This document shows, in pieces, positions 54,163-64,000 of a stretch of 64,000 bases of DNA. The notes below the pieces were generated by a model. It did not search any database and had not been told where the DNA came from. It saw only the letters and a program-made list of their open reading frames with translations. The translations under genes and the position numbers were made by a program. The first letter of the stretch is position 1. The number at the start of each line of letters is the position of its first letter. Origin of the DNA: Seison nebaliae (Eukaryota); the NCBI GenBank assembly GCA_023231475.1, contig JALJEE010000451.1:1-64000 (forward strand), in the 5' to 3' direction.

Positions 54163-57100
54163 ATGATGCGATCGACGAAAACTCCCTTCTACGCTTATGT
54201 AGCTGAAGTGGAGAAGGGCGATGCTATTGTTGATTGTGTAGTGGGCAATTTTGGATGTAAACACAAACAAATACTAATTATGGGAAGGAATCAATCACTC
54301 GATATTTATGAGATGAATGACGAAGAATTAGTTCGATTAAAATCCTTCAAACTTTATGGGGAAATTAATCGATTGAGCAAATTCGAAGTGGGACAACGTG
54401 ATTATCTCGTCATATTATTCTGCAATTTCAAAGCGATCATACTCACTTTCTTTGATGATAATGATGATAATCGAATGACAGCTCAAACTTTAGCTAGTGT
54501 TGATCTGATGATGGTGAATGGTCGTGAAACTGGTAATGGAAATTTAATAGAAGTTGATCCGAGAAATCGAATGATCGCTCTCCATCAATTTGATGGTATT
54601 CTAACATACATTCCAATTCATATCGATCAACCAATTAATCCTGAAAAAAATCGTCATTGTTATTGGAAAGTTCTTCATACTCTCATCAATTCGATGGATT
54701 TGGTTGATATGAAATTCCTTCATGGTTATGAAGAGAGTACTCTCGCTATTATTCGTCGAGTGAAAGGTAATCGATTAACATATTCTCGAATTCAAATAGA
54801 TATAAATCGATCGGAAATATTATTATGTGAACCATCGGAATATTTCCTTCTCGATTGGTACGAATTAAAGAAAGAACGTCCACATATCATGATTTCGATA
54901 AAGGGACCGATGTATGGCGTTTTCATCGTCGACCGTACAGGAATCACATATTTGAATGATAATTTATATATGAATGATTATCATATTCTTCCAATCATTC
55001 AACGATTAGCAGATTTGAAAGAGAGGAAGAAATTTGAAATTGACATGAAACGATTATTGAGGAAATTCAATCGACAAATCTTTTCAACAAATCTTTTGAA
55101 GAATAACGAAATTTTATGTTACGTTGAATTGAAAGTGACAGAATATTTATTGTTGAGTAATAATGGAAGTATGTATCGATTATCGATGGATTGTATGGAA
55201 GTATGTCAAGGAATTTTCCGTCCAACAAATATGAAATTGAAATTCGTTCGAGATACAACCCTCCCACAAACTATGTCTTTATTGAATGATCATTTCCTCT
55301 TTATTAGTAGTCGTTTAGCAAATCATGAATTATATCATATTGATGATAATGGTCAATTGAGATTGATGAAGACATTCAATAGTAATGGACCTTTGGCTGA
55401 TGTTTGTCTCATTAAATCTGATAATTATTCAAGTGATTCATTGATTATGGCATGCAATGCTCATCGACATGGTTGTGTGAAAGTGATGAGGAAGATGGTA
55501 AGAACGGAGAAAATGGAGAAGATTACATTGGAATCAGAATTGATGGGAATTGATCAAATTTCAAATATGTTCCCAATCAGAATAAAATCTTCTTTAAAAT
55601 TATTCGTGAATTATAAGGAACGATCAAAATTGATAAAAGTGAAAGGTGATGACTCTTTCTTCCACAATTCCTCCATTATCGATAAAATTGAAAATAAATG
55701 TTGTGTTCATGTTCAACAATTGAAATTTGATGAAGATTTCTGGTTGATTGTTCAATCGAATCATCTTCTTTTTATCAAGAATGATAAAATAATATTTGAG
55801 AGAAATTATGAGGATGATGTGGATATAACGGTAGTGAGTTGTCGAATGAACGAGAGATGTGTGATATCTATTGCTTTCGCTTCAACAAATAAATTATTTC
55901 ATATAAAATTCCAGTTGGTCAATGAAGAATTGACGATTGAGAAGGAGGAGAAGGTTTGGGAATTTGACTATTTCATTTCGTGTATCGATCTTTCTTCATT
56001 ATCATTCAATCTGTTAGCATTGGGATTATGGGAGAAGGATGTGATGAAAATTATTGATTTAACAGATGATCAAATAATGAATTATGATGAATTTGATGAA
56101 TTTCGTGTACGTTCTGTCAAATTCTTATCGATCGTCGATCGTTACGAATTGTTATTCGTTGCCCTTTTTAATGGAATGTTAAAATATTTTCAAAAGATGG
56201 ACAATTCTCATATTTATGAGTTGATCGGTCAAGTGTCCATTTATGGTAAATTGTCGGTCATTCGTAGAATTATTTATTTGAATGACAAACCTGCTGAAGA
56301 TTATTCCTATAAAATGGATCATCGATTGTTTGAAGATAATGTGAATGTTCGAGAGGTAATGGCGAGACAGAGGAGAGGAAAGAAAATTGAAATCCTTCAT
56401 TTGGATACGGGAGAAGGAATGCTTATTTTCCCTGAAAGAAATGACATGAATTATCGATTAATTTTCGCTGATTTATCATCACATTCTTCCTCCATTTGTC
56501 GATCATTCGATTTCGTCAAGAATCATCTCTCCTTCCTTCAAGAAACGAGAAATCGTAAATTGAACAAATGGATCAGTGACGATTATTTAATCTCTCAACA
56601 AGGCGATATTGAATTGATGGAAATGGAATTGGTGGAGAAATATCATGTTTTACGTCTGCCTTTTGGAGAGACGACCAATAAACTCATTTGTCAAAAGAGG
56701 AATGGTATAATTGGCGTTACAACTTTCCGGACAGATATCACATCTCATATCGTCAAATTTGATAAAGAAAAATTTAAAACGATTCCCTTCGTCGATGAGA
56801 GACGACGATCAAAAAATCATTGTTTCGTACGAACTATTCCTGTTCCGCTTATGAGAGAAGAGAAAGTAGAAGATTATCCAGTCAGTATTCGATTGTTATA
56901 TGATAATACGGATCGAACGAAAACATATGTTGTCGCTTATTCTCATTATACACAAATTCGTGAATATATTAATGATTTGGTGGAAGTGGAAGGAAGTGAT
57001 GATATATTAAATGATTTATCATCTATTCTTTATGCAACTAAATCGACGAAGAAAGAAGCGACAAATTTCCATTTTCGATTCCATGACATCTTCCAAGGTA

Positions 57101-59461
57101 ATATGACATTTCGTGGACGAATTAAAGAATTAAGAACGGACAATTCTAATAAAGTCGATCGAATGTTCATTGCAGGTACACCAATCGAAGTACATAATGT
57201 GACGATAATGGATCGATTTAGTTATCGTCCTTTATTCACTATGCAATTTGATGTAACAGAATGTATTCATTCTCTTATTACTGGACGATTGATAATCGAT
57301 GCTCATTCAGATGACGAGACCGGTGATCATGTAAATACCTCGTCATTCAAACATGAGATTGATGAAGATCTCTATTTTACGGAGAAAGATGAAAACATTT
57401 GGATGGATGAACGAAATGGAGGGAAAAAATGGTCAGATGAATATTTTTTCGTTGGAACATCATTCGCTTCATTGTTTGAGGATGAAGTGAAAATTGGAAG
57501 AATTGTCATATTGAAATGGGAGAATAGTTTCTTTTTCATTTATTCTCTCTTCTTCTTTCATTCTCTCTTTCTTATCAAGACGAATTGATCATGTTTCGAG
57601 AAAAATTAACAAATGGTGCTGTTCATTCATTGAATATTGTGAATGGATGTTTAGTAGCGACAGTGAACGCTTCTGTTATTATTAATATTATTATTTTCAT
57701 TATTTATTTGAAATTTTTATTTATTTTTAATTATTTTTTTATGATGACAGACGAGAATGTTCAAATTGTCAGGAAAAGAATTGAAATTAGAATGTATTAA
57801 AGGAACGTCAAATGTCAATGTGTTGGCAGTGAGAAGTAAAACAGCATCCGTTATAAATGAGAACGATATCAAAGAGATTAAGGAGATCTCTTGCACAGAA
57901 CTCGTCCATCGATCCTTCATCAATAATTCAGATAGAAATTATTTCTTCTCACCTCAAACGGAAGGTAAAGCATTGGTGTTAGTTGGAGATTTGTGTCAAA
58001 CCGTTTCACTTTATGCTTTTAATGCGAAAAAAATGTGTCTCCAATTCGTTCGTCATTTCCTTTATTTCTATCTATCTATATTTATTTCTTTCATCATCAG
58101 TTGGCACATGATCGATATCCCAGTTGGTGTAACGATATGGATTTTCTAGATTTTTCTAGAGGAATCGGATGGAAAGATGATGATGATGATCTAACATCAT
58201 TCATCTCAATTTTAGCAGCAGATGGTAGTGGTAATCTCATTCTTTATTTATATGAACGAGCTGAACGACCAGAAAAACAATTAGATCTCAAATCATTAAA
58301 CATCGACTTCTCCACTGGTCTACCAAATCAACATCGACAATCATGGGATGATCAACTTCCTGAATCGACACTCTCAGCTGAAGTATCCGCCATCATCAAA
58401 GCGAATCATGAACCTGACGAATTTCTGAATGATCCGTTAACTGGTGGATTCTCTCGTTCCACCATCGCCAAATCAACATTACATCGAATTGGACATTTTC
58501 ATTTGGGAGAGAATGTCAATCAGATAAGAAGGACTCGATTATGTTCAAATTATTATTCGTTCGTCAAAGAATGGGAAGATAATAATGAACCGATTATTGA
58601 ATTTGATATAGATAATAATTTGAAAAATTTTTTCGGGAAAATTTCAGTAAAGAAAGATCCAGGTATTAAATCTCTTCCTACTATGTGTGAGGCAGCATTT
58701 GAAGATCGTCCAATTGCAGAAGAGATGAGTCATAAAGGCAAATTGAGAAATCCATTAAATGTCAATAGTGAATCATTATTGTTAATGAGTGTATCGGGAG
58801 CACTTCATGCTGTTTATTCGATTTCTTACGAAATTTATCAAATTTTGAAGAGAATTGAAACGATAATGACTGCCGGAATCTACACCGAATTACTTCATGC
58901 CAAAATGGAAAATAAAATTATTCCGCTGAACATTTTCAAAGAGATTCAGTCGACTATTAGTCGGACACATCACATCGTATTTCGCTCATTTCACACAGAA
59001 CGAGAATTTATCATGTCAGAAACGTTCATTGATGGAAGTATCGTAGAAAAATTCATTTTATTACCATTCGACGTGCAGAAATATCTCCTCAAATATAATA
59101 ATATTATGAAAGATGTGAGGAGAGCGTCGACGGGGAAGATGATGAAGAAAAATGCACAACAAATCAAAGAATTGATGGAAAAAGAGGAAGTGACAGGAAA
59201 TACGAAAGATTTAATAAGAGAAGAATTCGTTGAAATTGAAACGAAAAATGAGAATTTCTGGCGTGATCAAAAGAAGAGAGCGAACGAATCGATGGAAGAG
59301 AATGTTGTGAAAAAGACGAAGAGTTTCAAAGTGAAAATTTTTCATAAGCAAATCAATAATATCATCTACAATTTTATTTATTCACATTAGACCGTTTGAT
59401 GGTGGTAGTAGTATTGTTAATATTGAGAGAAGAATTTATTAATAAACTTTCTCCCAACTAG
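54163..59461 (+). CDS. DDB1: Divergent, expanded DNA damage-binding protein 1 (triple beta-propeller), 4-5 exons
   Basis: GRETGNGNLIEVDP, SNGPLADV, YFFVGTS...EDEVKIGRI, GAVHSL...VATVNAS, LVGDL, GHFHLGENVN, FRSFHTER and FIDGSIVEKF. Introns 57527-57579, 57675-57750 and 58048-58100, plus a tentative 59323-59390. Confidence 0.85.
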
Positions 59462-59483
59462 TAACTGGAAGAGAATTCCATTC

Positions 59484-60365
59484 TTATTTTCCTTTCTGTT
59501 CCATTAGACGATTTCTCATATTTGCATAGAATTCTGGTGGTAATGATGGTTTTCGACTTTTCACCCAATTCTCATGTAAATCGACTGCACGTCCTCTCGG
59601 ATGTGAGACGATTCGATATCCGGTAACTGTTTCCGTTCGCTTATTATCATTCCGATGATGTCCCGTTTTCATTTTCCTTCGATAAATATTTTTATCTTCC
59701 ATAATCGATGAGGAATTATTCGGATAATATTGATGTTGTTGATAATTGGTTATGGATGAAGGAGGAGGTACATTCTGTTGATAGTTTGGATAAGAATTAT
59801 TCGATTGAAATTGTTGTTGATTATATTGTGGTTGATGAGAATGATTGTTTACCGTTTGTTGATGGTTCGAATGATATTGATGATTCTTATTATATAATGG
59901 TTGTTGATAATTGGGGAGAGTGGGAAGATTATTGTTGAGATCATAGGAATAATGATCTGGTTTTTCATAAGTTCTTTTGGGAAGTAATGATGGATGAGAT
60001 AAAGTGAGAGGATATGAATTATCCAAATCGCCCGAGATATCATAATAAGTAGTTTGGGAGGACATGTTGGAGAAATCGACAGGAATATGTCGCGTATACG
60101 TCATGGAACGATTAGCAGATAATGGTGATGAATATCGGAAATTTGAAGATGATGACGATAACGAAGAAGTTGACGAAGACAACTTATTTCTCCGTTTCGA
60201 TGTTCCATAATAATCGTTCATTGGCAAATTATCTTTTCGACCTATATCATAAGCAACCGTATCATAAATGGTGGAGGTGTTATCTGATAAAATTGAATAG
60301 TTCTCATCTGAATTATAGTTGGATGATTTCGCTGTAGAATAAATATAAGTTCTGCTTCGACTCAT
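59484..60365 (-). CDS. Uncharacterised low-complexity Ser/Asn/Gln/Tyr-rich protein
   Basis: About 290-aa ORF with no recognised folded domain. Start uncertain. Confidence 0.55.
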   Translation of the reverse strand: MSRSRTYIYSTAKSSNYNSDENYSILSDNTSTIYDTVAYDIGRKDNLPMNDYYGTSKRRNKLSSSTSSLSSSSSNFRYSSPLSANRSMTYTRHIPVDFSNMSSQTTYYDISGDLDNSYPLTLSHPSLLPKRTYEKPDHYSYDLNNNLPTLPNYQQPLYNKNHQYHSNHQQTVNNHSHQPQYNQQQFQSNNSYPNYQQNVPPPSSITNYQQHQYYPNNSSSIMEDKNIYRRKMKTGHHRNDNKRTETVTGYRIVSHPRGRAVDLHENWVKSRKPSLPPEFYANMRNRLMEQKGK

Positions 60366-60783
60366 TTCCCTTTCGATTCTCTTCAATAATTTTATTCTTT
60401 TGTCAATTTCCTTCTCATTCCACTTCGATCACAATCACCTATTAATCAATTACATCGTTACTATGACATTCCTATTCCATTGTTATATTTCACTTTCTAT
60501 CATCATCATATCATCATCCAACCTTCTCATTATTGTCATATAATGGCATTATTCTTCTAAATTTTTGCTTGCAATTCAACCTAATAATTATTATGAACAT
60601 ATCTCATAAAACTCTAATTTCTAATCCTTTTACCCCGAATTATAATTCAACTTCAATTAACCTCTGTTAACAAACATTAACATCAGGAAACGGTTTCAAT
60701 TTGAGAGAGAGAGTTATTGAAAATAAACGAAAGAAATTTGAAATTTATTCAAACAAAATGCGAAATTAATTTCCAATTGTCTG

Positions 60784-63700
60784 TTACTCACTCTCTGCCG
60801 CCTGCTCTACTCCAGCAGTTACTTTGATATAATCCGTCAGTACTTTTTCTGCACTCATTGAAGGATATTGGCCAACCGTAGATGGTGGAACTTCGTCGTT
60901 ATGGGCGAAAGATACTATATTTTGAAATCTCGAACATCTTGGTGATTCCAATTGATCATTCCTAATAAATTTCAACAGTTGTGCTCGAAGTCCCATTTCA
61001 AGATCCTTGTTTTGTGCATCAGAAGTGTCCGCTACCACATCAGTCCAAGCTACTGCCGAATCACCAATCTGGGCTGCTTTCGCTATGTCCAATGCATAAT
61101 CATAGTTGTCTGACATGAACTTTAAACGCATATCAACAAGTTTAAGCACAGTCCCCAAATCAGTAAAACGGCAATCACTCTTCAAACCATTGTAATTTTT
61201 TGTATAGACGAAAATATTACTTTCCTCCAATTTCGTATATTCCGTTTGTAATGCTTTTCCTTTACCACCCGGTTTCATTGCTGTATTGAATTTTGTCAGA
61301 TCGAAACCGTTGTCAGTACCGTCATCTTTGAGAACAGCTAGATATTTATAGCCAGTTGGCTCCACAAATTTTGTATCAAACTCCGCTTTGGCAACTGTTT
61401 CCTGAACCAATATCTCATTACATGTGGACAGTTTATCAGGGAAATAATGAGGTAAGATTTTCCCAAGGATATCTACATCAAACCGAATATGATTAATGAA
61501 CGATCAATGATAATTTCAATGATAATACCGACTTCTATATTTGACAAACATATCGACGCTTTTGAATAAATTATCCGCAGCGAGTTCACTTTTCACCACT
61601 GTGTTTTTTAAAAATTGATTCGAAACAAATGTTTTACTTAGTATTCTCTCATTAATATTATTCTAACTATTTTTTAATATGTCATGTTTCTTATATGGTT
61701 GAACTTCTTCGAACGCTTTCTTGATTGCTGCCGTATCTGATAAGTCGCTTGGTAACGTCAAATGTTCTAGTGATTTATCTATTTTATCATATATTAGAAT
61801 TAGTGTAGAAATTTCAGAATGTTAACGATCTTCTTGAATATCTTTCGTTATCAGTTTTACCATTCCCAATTGTAGTTCTAACTCTAAAAGACCACCAATT
61901 ATCTTTCAATCAAAGTGAAAAGAGAAACCTTTAGCCAGACTCAATTCCAGCAGTGCCAATTCCTCTTTCGACATATGTCCAACTAAAATAATTTTTTATT
62001 TATCACTCACAATCAAAATGATTAACCGACAATCTCTTCAATCTTCAAATTATCAGTAATCAATGAATTCTGCAGAGCTAAAAACATAATAAATTTCAAT
62101 TTTTTCATCCTTCCCACCATCAACTAACTAGATAATAAAATATCGATACTCTTTTGTTCCTCTGTCATACTCATCTTCAGGTTAGTTATCGTGTAAATCA
62201 GTTTCGCTAATTCCGCCATTTTATTCTTCAATTCTATCCTCTTCTCATTGTAGGCTGATTAAGAAATGTATTATTCGAATTAGTTATTTGATGAGACAAA
62301 CTGCTAGTGTCCGCCATAAATTCAGTTAATAATTTTTTCACGAATGATTTCAATGTTTCGATTGATTGATCTAACGTACGTATTAATGTCGTGACACAAT
62401 GATCATTTGAAAAGTAACCTGCTGTATAAATACTCTTGCTACTCGTCAAATGTATATCGTTCAATTTCTCCATTTCTTTCATATCACAATTACTTTTTAC
62501 ACAAATTCTCAGAAGGATAAACCTCGTTCAATTGCCACTAATTGTTTCTGAGAGATTTCATTCGATTGTCTCAACGAAGAAAGTTCAGATTCTAAACGAA
62601 GAATTCACATAAAAAAACCAATTTTGGAATGTTAACGGAGTAATACTAATTCATCTTTCAACGATTGTTTCTTGCCAATTTGATTATAGAAAACTAAAGG
62701 AAACGTCCAGTGAAGATAACTAAATAATATGATGCTAACCAGTTTCCAGCGATTGTTGTTCTCGTTTCAAACGTGCTAGAATTGATCGTTTTTCCGTGAT
62801 CTTGTCGTCTATATCCATCTCCACCATTATACAGGGCAAAAACAATCAAAAAATAACCAAGAAGTGAAATATTTTTCATCGAAGCCGCTCTCGTTGTAAA
62901 TTTGGAGACTTCGTTATAAATTGCGATTGTACTTTCCGTGTCATCAATTTTATGGTTAAGTAATCGAACATCTCGTTCTTAAGAAGAGATTTCTATGAAG
63001 GATTTTCCCCACATGAAATTGAGAAAAAAACTTAAAAATTTCTCTTGTTCTAAAATGTCATCCAAATCTGTTTAAATTTTGAAAATAATAATCATGAATC
63101 ATGATGAACCATAAGAGAAATGGTTAACATGATTGTAGTGGCATATTGTTTGTCAAAACTTCATTGAGTATATGCTCCAACACACGACTTCCTTTTCACA
63201 CACATTTATTATTGAATTCATACATCATAAATGATTCGTTAACTTAATTTTGATTTTTTGAATAACGATTCTCTTTCTTCAAATTTATTTTTTGCCGAAT
63301 TGATTCTTCCGTCTATCTCATCGACTTTATTATGAATCTTTTTCAATTCTTTCTCCTTTTCTACGTATCCTTCGAAAGACACAATCATTTCAACATCTAC
63401 ACACATTTCTTTCTAACCTTTCTCTAAAGTGTCTAATTTCAATTTATTCTCCAATAATTTCGACTCTGTTATTGCTTGTTGCTGATCTATATTTGAAAAA
63501 ATGAAAACTCTCTCTAAACTGAACGATTGAACACAAACCAAGAATTCGATATTCTCCTTTTTGTTTTGTTAATTTCTCACCTAAATATCAATTTTAGAGA
63601 GGAGACAAATCCACCCACTTTTCCCATTAATCGAACTAACTCATATATCGAATATCTTCCGTTTCCTTTATGTCATTACTCTTTCGATTTTCTACCACTA

Positions 63701-63983
63701 ATTTTCAGGAATATTCACTTAATTTCAAAATGGGGAATATGATTAACTATCTCCCAAACGAGTCAGATAACGCTGTTGATCTAACAATTGTCTAAAGATG
63801 GGAACTGAATTTTTTCTTAGAATTATCATTGATATTAAAATGAAAACCGTTGCCTTCCAACCCACTAAGTTTGGATTGCCAAAATTCGAATTCTTTTTTA
63901 AAGAGTAAATTAAAAGGTATAAAAATGCGGAATAAACCCAATCGTTTTTCTCCCAAAGTTCTTATCAAATTTTTTTCCTTCAT
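60784..63983 (-). CDS. Large multi-exon uncharacterised gene; 5' part unresolved and may extend beyond the window
   Basis: The last exon (includes ORF 60784-61410) is joined in frame via intron 61528-61473. Coding-like blocks alternate with short intron-like spacers up to the window end. Confidence 0.45.
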
Positions 63984-64000
63984 TTCTGTTCGGCAACAAA

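Overview
AT-rich, gene-dense eukaryotic DNA, most likely from a compact-genome invertebrate (inference from the Ly6/three-finger protein, type II transmembrane trypsin-like protease, PPP1R3 and animal-type tRNA-Asn). Genes use the standard code and carry very short introns (39-76 nt). Recognisable genes are PPP1R3-like, MRPS18C, EIF3A, a ZDHHC palmitoyltransferase, a Ly6-type GPI protein, GDP-fucose synthase, a LicD/fukutin-family transferase, NAA20, NME5, PSMC5, a trypsin-like protease, UPF1, cytochrome b561, ABHD13 and a divergent DDB1. There are also several orphan genes, a tRNA-Asn(GTT), and decayed non-LTR, Tc1 and MULE remnants, mostly in the first 30 kb. The main signal is the splicing grammar: 39 of 42 introns I reconstructed by hand start GTT rather than GTR, mostly without +5G or -1G, and about a quarter end in AAG. 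Other highlights are a catalytically dead, bacterial-type proline iminopeptidase fused to a long disordered domain, a scrambled inverted four-piece copy of EIF3A, and a LINE whose ORF1 and ORF2 are separated by one in-frame TGA. All gene models were built by eye, without database searches or RNA data.
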